From a virus (lineage: Duplodnaviria; Caudoviricetes), in IMG/VR virus record IMGVR_UViG_3300005434_000009, positions 1-64,000 of that record: a DNA stretch of 64,000 bases; one strand, 5' to 3'. Below, in pieces: positions 43,665 through 51,511 of the stretch; position 1 is the stretch's first letter; the number at the start of each line of letters is the position of its first letter. Below the pieces are notes generated by a model. The model saw only the letters and a list, made by a program, of their open reading frames with translations, did not search any database and was not told where the DNA came from. The position numbers and the translations under genes are program-made.

Positions 43665-44407
43665 GGCTGCTTTCCGGACTGGGCGGCCGTCAGGGCGCCG
43701 ATGAGGGCGTCGACCTTCGCGCCCAGCAACTTCACGGCGTCGCGGATCTCGTCGAGCTCGGCGTGCTTGTCCGCCAGGTCCGAACGCAGGTCCCGGTCGA
43801 GGAGGTCGTACTTGCCCACCCGGGAGTCGAGGTCAGCGATCTGCTTGCGGACGGTGTCCCACTGGTCCTGCGGCACTGCGGCCATGTCATCTCCCGGCGG
43901 TGGTGGGTTGACGGTTGCGCCGGCGAGGCGCTGCTTCCAGGTGGCGTAGCGGGCCATGAACGTGGTCGCGTACCGTTCGGCGGCCGGTCCGGAGCCGTTG
44001 TAGCGGCGAGCGCCGTCGCGGGTGCCGTAGGTGTGAATGAGCCGCTGGAGGCCCCGGAATCCGCTGCGGTAGTTGGCGACCGGATCCCAGCAGCCGCCCA
44101 ATGCGTCGGCGGTGTCCTGGTAGCCGGCGCTGGTGCACTGGGCGGGGCCGACGCCTTGCCTGCCGATCTTCCCGGCCTTCACCAGGTTCCGGTAGGCGAG
44201 GTAGTTGGCCTTCGTGACCGGACCACCCTTTGTGTAGGCCCCGCCGGTGGAGACCGGGTCCGAACCCCAGACGTTGCGGCCGTTGGACTCCATCGAGATG
44301 ACCGTCGCGGCGGCGGCGAGCTCAATGCCTTCCATCTGGGCGGCTTGGACAAGTTCGTCGGCGAGCCCCATTCCGTACTGGCGCAGGATCGCGGCGGCAT
44401 CGGCCAT
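43661..44407 (-). CDS. Endolysin, lysozyme-like (SLT/GH23-type)
   Basis: I.MES.G (catalytic Glu), QGVGPAQ, DP..N, RRYNGSG..A..YA. Confidence 0.75.
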   Translation of the reverse strand: MADAAAILRQYGMGLADELVQAAQMEGIELAAAATVISMESNGRNVWGSDPVSTGGAYTKGGPVTKANYLAYRNLVKAGKIGRQGVGPAQCTSAGYQDTADALGGCWDPVANYRSGFRGLQRLIHTYGTRDGARRYNGSGPAAERYATTFMARYATWKQRLAGATVNPPPPGDDMAAVPQDQWDTVRKQIADLDSRVGKYDLLDRDLRSDLADKHAELDEIRDAVKLLGAKVDALIGALTAAQSGKQP

Positions 44408-44482
44408 GCGGGACCTCCCAGTCACACGGGGTATGGAGTTTCAGGCCGTCAGCGGCCACTACAGGGCCGCACAGGATGGCTT

Positions 44483-47400
44483 CTACGGGGTGACACCGGA
44501 GGTGGTGACGACCTTCGTCCACGGCCCCGGTGGGGGTGCGTCCACGAACTGCCAGGTGATGTGGTCGTTCTCCCCGTCGAGTTCGGCGTAACCAAGGCAG
44601 CCGTTCAAACTGGGGCTCACGTCGGCGCCCGCGCCGTTGTACTCGCGGTTGGCGGGTCGGGCGTCGTTGTCCCCGAACGCGTAGGCGGCGTCGTGGTAGG
44701 TGCCCGGCCCGGCGTCCTCCACTTGCCCGTAGCAGGTGTTCCCGTTCGGGCCGGTGAGCTTCACCCAACGGTTCTTCATGTAGGAGAAGTTCGGGTCGGA
44801 GCACTTGCCCGCATAGCCGGGGTCGTTCGCCCACGGGACCGTCTGACAGCGCGACTTGAACGCCGAGCTGTCATTGATGTCATCGAAGGGCAGATCCAGG
44901 TAGAACGGGTTCTCCTTCGGTGTGGCCTTCGTCGGCCAGAAGTCGGGGGCTTTCCGCGCCTCGGTGGCGCAGGTGTTCTTGCCTGCCACGCCGTCGCAGC
45001 CGCCCAGTGGGGAGCCCGCGCAGTCGGTGCCGCTCCCGGCCACAGCGGTGCTCTTCACCCCTGACCAGTGGTAGGCCCACTGGGAGTCGTAGGTGGAACA
45101 CACCTGGGAGCCGTCTGGGCGGGACGGGTCGAAGATCTCCCCCACCCAGAACGTCGTGCTGACGATGCCGGTGTGCACCGGGTACACCCGGCCGGTAGAC
45201 GGGGTGGTCGTCGGCGCGGGAGTTGTCGTAGTCGGAACCGGCGTCGGTACGGGTGTGCTCGTCACCGGCACCGGGGGCGGCGGGGTGGTGCCTGGGTCGC
45301 CGCCGGCGTGGATGCCGATCGCCGCCAACGCCGCCAACAGTGCGGCGATGAACGCCGCCCACCAAAGAGGCTTCGTCGAAGGCGGAGCAGGGTCCGGTAC
45401 GGGTGCAGGGTCTGGCTGCGGCGTGGGATCAGGCACAGGCGTCGGCGTCGGATCGGGAACCGGCACGGGATCCGGAACAGGCACCGGGGCCGGGGCCGGC
45501 TTCACATAACCCGGGTCCCCCTCGAGCACGCCTTCGTCGGTCTTCGAGAACAACCAGTTCCCCGCGCCATCACCGACGAACTTCCAGATGGAGGAGAAGT
45601 CCGCGTCGTCCCACGAGCTCGGGGTCTTCGCGTTCCACTTCCCACCGAGCACCTTCACCAGAGCGGAGGCCACGGCGGCGATGGCGGAGTGCTCGAGCAC
45701 CGCCAGCACCGTCTTGCCGGCCAAAGCCTGCTTCGCCAGGAGTTGCGCGGTCTGGGTGACCGCGTTCTCCGAGTCCAGGCTGGTGTCGATCGACAGACCG
45801 AGAGCGGTCGCCGTGGGTTGCGCGGTTTGGAGCATCCGCATCGACATGGTGTTGCCCTTCGACGCGAAGATCCACGTCGGCCGGTACAGGTCCGCCTTGG
45901 GGCCTGTGAAGATGGGCGGTAGGGCGTTGGCCCGCTGTACACCCTTCGGGGCGAGGGTGTGGTCGTTGGCGTCGGCGGGCTTCTCACCATGCCGGATTAT
46001 CTGGATCTTGATTCCGGCGGACGGTGCAGGAACCGGTACAGGATCCGGCGTGGGCGTCGGAGCCGGCGCCGAGCCGGGCCCTGGGCCCTTCGTGACCGGG
46101 ATACCGACGCCGTTCTTGTAGCTCCCCGTGATGTTGTTGTCCTCGTAGAACTTCACGTTGGAGCCCTGCGGCAGGTCCACGATCTTGTCGGAGCTGCCGG
46201 CGAAGGTGTTCCGGGTGATGTCGACGTTGTCGACGCCGTCGAGCTTGATGCACTGGTTCCAGGAGTCGCCGAAGTAGTTGTCGGCGACCACCCAGTTCTT
46301 CATGCCGCTGGAGCTGCCGCCGCTGTTCCCGCCCCGGCCGTAGTCCTCGGCCATGATGCACTGGTGGATCGACGGCACCTTCGGGTCACGCTTCGGGTTG
46401 GCCGGGCCGACGAACTTGTTGCCCCGGATCTCGATGTTGCTGGACGCCGTGGGATGCGAGCTCGAGACCCAAAATTGAATCGCGTCCGTGTGGCTGTCCC
46501 CGGGGTCCCCGACGACATAGTTGATCGCCGTGTTGTACAGGATGCGCAGGTTGTTCCCGAACGCGGTGATCGCGTTCAGGTCCCCGTCACCGCTGACCTT
46601 CACTCCGGTGATGTCGTTGTTCTGGAACGTGATGTTGTCGGCGTTGAGCACAGCCCCGTACTGGCCGCCGGCGACGATCCGGTAGTTCTGCACCGTCACA
46701 TTCGAAGCGTTCACGGTGACCCGGCCGACCTTGTGCCCCTGGCCGTCGTACGTTCCGGCCTTGGTTATGGTCAGCGGGGACGTCGAGTCGGCGGTGGCCA
46801 CAATCGCCCCGGCCGGGGTAGCCACTCCCCCGACACCGAGCGTCTGAGTCGCCGGCGGGGTAACGACCGGCGGCGGGTCCACCACAGGCGGTGGGGTGAC
46901 CACAGGAGGCGCGCTCTGCGGTCCCGGGTACGCGCCCAGGCCGGAGCGGACCTTCCGGGCTAGGATCTCCCCGTACTGACCCCTCGAATCCGTCTTCAGA
47001 TTCGACTGCAAGTAGTTCAGCAGCTTCGCGTAGGTCTTGGAGCTCTGCGGCATCTTCGTGGTGGTCAGGATCGGAGTGCCGTCCCGGTACACCGTGGGGG
47101 CACCCTTGACGATCCCGAACCCCAGCACCATGGGCCGCCCGGCCTCGTGGGGGATGACCGGCTGCCCCTTCGAGGTTCCAGCCACCCGCTGGGTGAGTTC
47201 GAACCCGCCGGCGGAGTTGCGCTGCCAGATGACCTCGAGCAGATCGTCTTTGTCGGAGTGCAGCTGGAAGATGCACATCTGCGGCTTGCCGTCAGGCAGG
47301 TGCAGCGGGGACACCTCATACTCGAACCAGCAGTCCAGTTTGCTTGAGTCCCAGGCCGCTTCCTTGCCGGCCGCCGTCATCTGCCGGAGCTCGCCACGCG

Positions 47401-47617
47401 GATACGACGATCCGTCCGTGGTTCCCGCGTCCACCGGGACCCGGATGTCGACCCACTGGCCGTCCTTCGTGACCTGAAAATACCCGGTCACATCGTCGCC
47501 GGCGGACAGCTGAGCCTGGGAAAGTTCCTTGATGCCGGACTGCCCGGAGATACCGTACTGGTACTTCCACAGGGCGTTCGGGCCGGTGATGCCGAGGATT
47601 TCAGCGGGTGTCGGCAC
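44483..47617 (-). CDS. 1044-aa mosaic enzyme: PL7 alginate-lyase-like, beta-helix, histidine phosphatase, TM, DPBB-like domain
   Basis: YPRGELRQM/QLH/NYLQSN (PL7); parallel beta-helix with HTDAIQ; IIRHGEKP..R..QT..EH; hydrophobic WWAAFIAALLAALAAIGI; CYGQVEDAGP..DVSP; Pro-rich linkers. Confidence 0.7.
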   Translation of the reverse strand: MPTPAEILGITGPNALWKYQYGISGQSGIKELSQAQLSAGDDVTGYFQVTKDGQWVDIRVPVDAGTTDGSSYPRGELRQMTAAGKEAAWDSSKLDCWFEYEVSPLHLPDGKPQMCIFQLHSDKDDLLEVIWQRNSAGGFELTQRVAGTSKGQPVIPHEAGRPMVLGFGIVKGAPTVYRDGTPILTTTKMPQSSKTYAKLLNYLQSNLKTDSRGQYGEILARKVRSGLGAYPGPQSAPPVVTPPPVVDPPPVVTPPATQTLGVGGVATPAGAIVATADSTSPLTITKAGTYDGQGHKVGRVTVNASNVTVQNYRIVAGGQYGAVLNADNITFQNNDITGVKVSGDGDLNAITAFGNNLRILYNTAINYVVGDPGDSHTDAIQFWVSSSHPTASSNIEIRGNKFVGPANPKRDPKVPSIHQCIMAEDYGRGGNSGGSSSGMKNWVVADNYFGDSWNQCIKLDGVDNVDITRNTFAGSSDKIVDLPQGSNVKFYEDNNITGSYKNGVGIPVTKGPGPGSAPAPTPTPDPVPVPAPSAGIKIQIIRHGEKPADANDHTLAPKGVQRANALPPIFTGPKADLYRPTWIFASKGNTMSMRMLQTAQPTATALGLSIDTSLDSENAVTQTAQLLAKQALAGKTVLAVLEHSAIAAVASALVKVLGGKWNAKTPSSWDDADFSSIWKFVGDGAGNWLFSKTDEGVLEGDPGYVKPAPAPVPVPDPVPVPDPTPTPVPDPTPQPDPAPVPDPAPPSTKPLWWAAFIAALLAALAAIGIHAGGDPGTTPPPPVPVTSTPVPTPVPTTTTPAPTTTPSTGRVYPVHTGIVSTTFWVGEIFDPSRPDGSQVCSTYDSQWAYHWSGVKSTAVAGSGTDCAGSPLGGCDGVAGKNTCATEARKAPDFWPTKATPKENPFYLDLPFDDINDSSAFKSRCQTVPWANDPGYAGKCSDPNFSYMKNRWVKLTGPNGNTCYGQVEDAGPGTYHDAAYAFGDNDARPANREYNGAGADVSPSLNGCLGYAELDGENDHITWQFVDAPPPGPWTKVVTTSGVTP

Positions 47618-48287
47618 GGTGTTCTCCTGGGATCGGCGAATCAGCGGTGGGGCGCGGCTCCGGCATCCCGGGAACTGGGCGCGTGAACTGCTGAGCTGCG
47701 ATGGCGGCCTGGCGGGCCGCCGCACGCCGCCGCACGTTGCGCTTATCACGGTTGGCTTCGCGGAGCAGGCGGACACATAACTGACACTGTCGAGAGCCGG
47801 ATGTTCGGTTGATCTTTACGTTTTCCGGGCTCAGTTCATGCCCACGCTTACAGTGGGCCTGCCGGTGCGGCCGAGCCTTGAGGTTCTCCGACCGCGTTTG
47901 TGCCACAAGGTGATCCGGGTTGATGCAGCGCCGATGCGTGCAGGTGCGCCAGTCCTGACAATCCAGGTCTTTGTCGTGGCATGCGTGACCGACGTCGTAC
48001 TTCTCAGGGACCGGTCCGATGTGGTGCTCGTAGGACGCGACATGAGCCGCAGTGTGCTTCTTGGTCACTCCGTACCCGTTGTCGTTCACGAAGCCGGGCC
48101 AAAGCCAACAGCCGTTCTCGTCGGGGACGATCGTGGCCAAGTGCTCCTCAAACGAGTGAGTGCGCTTCGCGTGCTCGCCGAGAGTGCCGCGTCTGCGGCG
48201 CCTGTAGTAGCAGCTCTTGCAAAGTCCTCGCGCGCCACCGGCTCTGCGTTCTTTGCCACAGTCCAGACAGGCGTTATCGTCCGACAT
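47601..48287 (-). CDS. HNH homing endonuclease
   Basis: CWLW.G..NGYG..AH..SYE..G.VP..H.C..RC.NP.HL..T..EN; C-terminal HCKRGH..CQLC. Confidence 0.9.
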   Translation of the reverse strand: MSDDNACLDCGKERRAGGARGLCKSCYYRRRRRGTLGEHAKRTHSFEEHLATIVPDENGCWLWPGFVNDNGYGVTKKHTAAHVASYEHHIGPVPEKYDVGHACHDKDLDCQDWRTCTHRRCINPDHLVAQTRSENLKARPHRQAHCKRGHELSPENVKINRTSGSRQCQLCVRLLREANRDKRNVRRRAAARQAAIAAQQFTRPVPGMPEPRPTADSPIPGEHRADTR

Positions 48288-48318
48288 GTCGGTCTCCTGG
48301 TCGCTCAGGTTTCCGGCA

Positions 48319-48376
48319 GCTCAGGGGGTGTTACCAGCACCCTCTGAGCCCCTTAAGTTGTAGGTAAATCCTACCA
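48319..48376 (-). promoter_or_regulatory. Promoter and leader hairpin of HNH gene
   Basis: Extended -10 TGGTAGGAT (48368-48376); 12-bp stem with CTGGTAA loop (48319-48349); AGGAG RBS. Confidence 0.5.
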
Positions 48377-48412
48377 TGTTTCCGCAGGTCAGAAGCGGTG
48401 CGAGCCGCTCCG

Positions 48413-48646
48413 CTACTCCTGCGCCGCTCTCGGTTCAGGCATCCGGTCGGCGATCCGTTCCCGACAGATCAACTCAGCGAACGATGCCAACATCGCCGTC
48501 ATGCACGGGTACCGCTCCCGGCGGGAATGGGCCACACACAGGCCGTCCACGTCAGGCCGGTGGGTCTGTTGGGCCGCGAACACCCGCCAGGCGTCCGCGG
48601 CCATCCATTCGGCGGCGGCGGACATGTCCCGGCTCAGCTGGTTCAC
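48413..48646 (-). CDS. Hypothetical protein
   Basis: GTGA overlap; H..D..C..YPC motif. Confidence 0.5.
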   Translation of the reverse strand: MNQLSRDMSAAAEWMAADAWRVFAAQQTHRPDVDGLCVAHSRRERYPCMTAMLASFAELICRERIADRMPEPRAAQE

Positions 48647-48825
48647 CGGTCGTCCCGCAACCCGACAGGGCGGACGTACATTTGCGGGCCCACGGTGCAC
48701 ACCAGCGACGAGGTCACATACCGGGACGGTTCGCTGACATCGGAGGGGCTGGTGGTGGTCATCGCCCACCCCACAGCAACGAAGGCGACGGCAACTAACG
48801 CGGCGGCGAGGTTGGCCCGGTTCAT
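48643..48825 (-). CDS. Small membrane/secreted protein (60 aa)
   Basis: MNRANLAAALVAVAFVAVGWA; ATGA overlap. Confidence 0.5.
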   Translation of the reverse strand: MNRANLAAALVAVAFVAVGWAMTTTSPSDVSEPSRYVTSSLVCTVGPQMYVRPVGLRDDR

Positions 48826-49283
48826 TTCGGCCCCGTGGTGACCAGATCGGAACGGGGTGGAACGAGGGCGCCGGAGCAGTGCAGCACCGCGTACTGGGAC
48901 CACATGTCCCTGAACGCGGCCTGGTACTTGTCCCGGTCCGGGCCGGCCGCCCTGGTTTCGGGTTGGTAGCTGCCGAGGAACACCTTGTACATCGGGCACA
49001 GCACCTGTGCCCGCACGGTCTCCTGGTCGCGCACCAGGTCGGAGATCTTCAGGTATCCGACGAGCATGGCGGCGGACAACACCAGATCCATGATGACCAG
49101 GGCGATCATCCACCGGATCTTCACGGTGGTCTTCCACGTCTTGATTTGGAGCTCGCCCCGGAGTTTGGCGATCTCGTCGGTCTGGTTGCTCGACGCCACC
49201 GTCAACCGGGCCACCTCGGCACCGAGTTCGGCGGCGACGACCGCCAACACCCGGCGGCGTTCCAGTTCATCGTCGGAGGTCAA
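48822..49283 (-). CDS. Single-TM membrane protein
   Basis: Coiled coil, TM, then C..C ectodomain; TTGA overlap. Confidence 0.6.
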   Translation of the reverse strand: MTSDDELERRRVLAVVAAELGAEVARLTVASSNQTDEIAKLRGELQIKTWKTTVKIRWMIALVIMDLVLSAAMLVGYLKISDLVRDQETVRAQVLCPMYKVFLGSYQPETRAAGPDRDKYQAAFRDMWSQYAVLHCSGALVPPRSDLVTTGPK

Positions 49284-49441
49284 CGGCTCTCCTGGTCGTC
49301 ATCGTCGTCTTCGGTATCCAGCTCGTGTTGCAGGACAGCCACGAACCAGTTCAGGCGGGCGGTGACAGCGGCCAGTTGGGCTCGAGAGCGTTCCGACTCG
49401 ACCAGCAACGCCTCCCCTGTGCGTTCCCGGTCGGCGACCAT
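49280..49441 (-). CDS. Small coiled-coil protein (53 aa)
   Basis: Coupled at both ends; not in track. Confidence 0.5.
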   Translation of the reverse strand: MVADRERTGEALLVESERSRAQLAAVTARLNWFVAVLQHELDTEDDDDDQESR

Positions 49442-49734
49442 CACGTCTGCCCCCGTCGGGCCTTCTGTGCAAGCTGCGCCATCACCTCGGTGGCCTTCAC
49501 CACGGCCGGGAGGGTGGAGGACTGGATTTCGGCGTTGAGCCGGCGCACTTCCGCTTCGGAGGCCTCAAGGCGTTGTCTCAGGTACTCGCTGTTCTTGATC
49601 TCCCGGGAGAACAGCACCTTCACCGCGCCCACGCTCAAGGTGGCGAGGATGACCAGACCCGACTTCGACCACAGGTCGGTGGCGCCGTCGGACGCTTCGG
49701 CGGCGACGATGATCGCGGCGGCGAGAGTCAACAC
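49441..49734 (-). CDS. Membrane protein with coiled-coil tail (lysis-associated)
   Basis: TM then heptad region. Confidence 0.6.
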   Translation of the reverse strand: MLTLAAAIIVAAEASDGATDLWSKSGLVILATLSVGAVKVLFSREIKNSEYLRQRLEASEAEVRRLNAEIQSSTLPAVVKATEVMAQLAQKARRGQT

Positions 49735-50139
49735 TTAGAGGCCTGACGCCCGCTGCTGGTGCTCCCGCAGCTCGTCCAGGCCGGTACCGACTTCGTAAAC
49801 GACCAGCATGTGCCAACCCCCCATGCCGATCAACAACACAAGATCCCCGTACGAGGCGGGGGTCCCGGACACCGCCGACATCACCCAGGCGAACGCGAAC
49901 ACCGACCAGGCGAACGAACTGATCCCCGCCCCCAGGATCGACCACCCCAAACCGATCAAACCGCAGGACACCAGCAGCAGACACGTCCCGGCGATCGGTA
50001 ACACCAGCGGGTCAGACTCGGGGCGGCCGAGGATGTTCACCGCCCCGTACCCGGCGTCCTGGATGAGCAGCCACGTCAACCAGTGCTTCCGGATCGCATC
50101 GACGGAAACCCAAATTGGCATCCGGCCGAGTCTGTCCAC
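49735..50139 (-). CDS. Multi-TM membrane protein
   Basis: Four hydrophobic segments. Confidence 0.6.
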   Translation of the reverse strand: MDRLGRMPIWVSVDAIRKHWLTWLLIQDAGYGAVNILGRPESDPLVLPIAGTCLLLVSCGLIGLGWSILGAGISSFAWSVFAFAWVMSAVSGTPASYGDLVLLIGMGGWHMLVVYEVGTGLDELREHQQRASGL

Positions 50140-50188
50140 GCCCTTGTCCCCCTCCTGCGGCGGTACTGACGCTGAGGTGAGGGGAAGG

Positions 50189-50581
50189 TCAGGCGAAGGA
50201 GTAGGAGGTGACGAGGTCCCAGTTGACCCGCTGGCCTGACGGAAGAGTGTAGAACCCGCCAGCCTCCGCTGCCGCGTCCACCTCGTCGACCTGATCCGCC
50301 GGGATCAGGTAGGCCTGAGTGGTTGGGCCGGTGTGGATGTACAACTTCTTCGAAGCGGTCGCGGCAGCCATGCTTGCCGGAGGGGTGGCGGACACGTCGT
50401 AGCGAGCCACCCCCGACAGATGCCATTGCTGGGCGGGAGTAGCTGGATCCGCCCACCAGTCACCCTTGCGGATGGCCTCCTCAAGATTCGAAGCCTCTGG
50501 CAACGAAACCGTGAAGATAAGAACAGGGACCGGGTTATCGATCGCCGTGAACAGCTGAAAAGTCTTCATCGTCCCAGGCAT
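50189..50581 (-). CDS. Hypothetical protein
   Basis: TGATG overlap. Confidence 0.55.
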   Translation of the reverse strand: MPGTMKTFQLFTAIDNPVPVLIFTVSLPEASNLEEAIRKGDWWADPATPAQQWHLSGVARYDVSATPPASMAAATASKKLYIHTGPTTQAYLIPADQVDEVDAAAEAGGFYTLPSGQRVNWDLVTSYSFA

Positions 50582-51018
50582 CAGAGGCTCCATGCCAAAC
50601 GGATCTCCTCGTAATACACGGTGAACAAGTAGACGGGGCTCGCGGAGCCCCCACCCGCCGGTAGCTGATAGTGGTTCAACCTCAACGCATTCCCGGGCTG
50701 AATGATCACATCGAACGGATACGAGAATGACCCACTCGAGCTGCCGAAGGAGTTGATGATCGTGCTCGTGCCCGAGGTGGTTACCCCAGACTTCGCCGAC
50801 ACGGTCGACGCCGGGGCCCCGTCCCTGAGCGCGGCCGGTGTCAATGTACTCCCGCCGGTCAATGTGGCCCCAGCGTATCGGTAGGCGGTGACGAATCCGG
50901 CCGTGCTGAACGAAACATCGATACGCGCGATCTTGACCGGATAAGAGACCGCTTTGATCGCGACCTCGTTTACAGTGGCGGGGGAACCGCTGCTCGCGTA
51001 AACGACGTACGTCGTCAT
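50581..51018 (-). CDS. Putative small virion protein, AT-richer than flanks
   Basis: S/T/G-rich beta composition; 32/60 GC in line 50581. Confidence 0.55.
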   Translation of the reverse strand: MTTYVVYASSGSPATVNEVAIKAVSYPVKIARIDVSFSTAGFVTAYRYAGATLTGGSTLTPAALRDGAPASTVSAKSGVTTSGTSTIINSFGSSSGSFSYPFDVIIQPGNALRLNHYQLPAGGGSASPVYLFTVYYEEIRLAWSL

Positions 51019-51046
51019 CCGGAAGCGCCTCTTCTCTATTCAGTAA

Positions 51047-51182
51047 TCACGGGATGATCACCGTGGAGTTCGGCACGATGTGCCGCCCCAACACCAGAAG
51101 GTCCGTCCCGTTGTGCTGAGCCCACGCCACATCCCCCACCTGCGGGGGGTCCGAATCGGAATAGGCCTGGAGGTAGGGCCTA
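51047..51182 (-). pseudogene. Start-less relic C-terminus homologous to the end of 51180..51506
   Basis: PYLQAYSDSDPPQVGDVAWAQHNGTDLLVLGRH parallels PVFRAYPMGVDPQAGDYVQLVQIGETLGVWARQ. Confidence 0.5.
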
Positions 51183-51506
51183 GAAGGACACCCGGCCGGT
51201 GGGCCGGTACTGGCGGGCCCACACACCCAACGTTTCGCCGATCTGCACCAACTGCACGTAGTCCCCGGCCTGCGGATCCACACCCATGGGGTAGGCCCGG
51301 AACACCGGCAGACGGGACACCGGGGAGTCGTCGAAGTCGTTCAACGTCGCCTGTGACTCGTTCCGGCCCGCGTCGTGGCCCAAGATCGTGGCCAAATGGA
51401 ACTGCGGGTAGTCCGTGGGGTCCATGAACGCCGGCAGGTTCGGCTGCAACACCTGAGAGGCCAGCTTGTTAGCGGCCGCCCTGTCGAAGTTGAACCGTGC
51501 CACCAC
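51180..51506 (-). CDS. Minor tail protein
   Basis: Follows baseplate hub-like gene; P..GD.V...G motif. Confidence 0.6.
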   Translation of the reverse strand: MVARFNFDRAAANKLASQVLQPNLPAFMDPTDYPQFHLATILGHDAGRNESQATLNDFDDSPVSRLPVFRAYPMGVDPQAGDYVQLVQIGETLGVWARQYRPTGRVSF

Positions 51507-51511
51507 TCACC

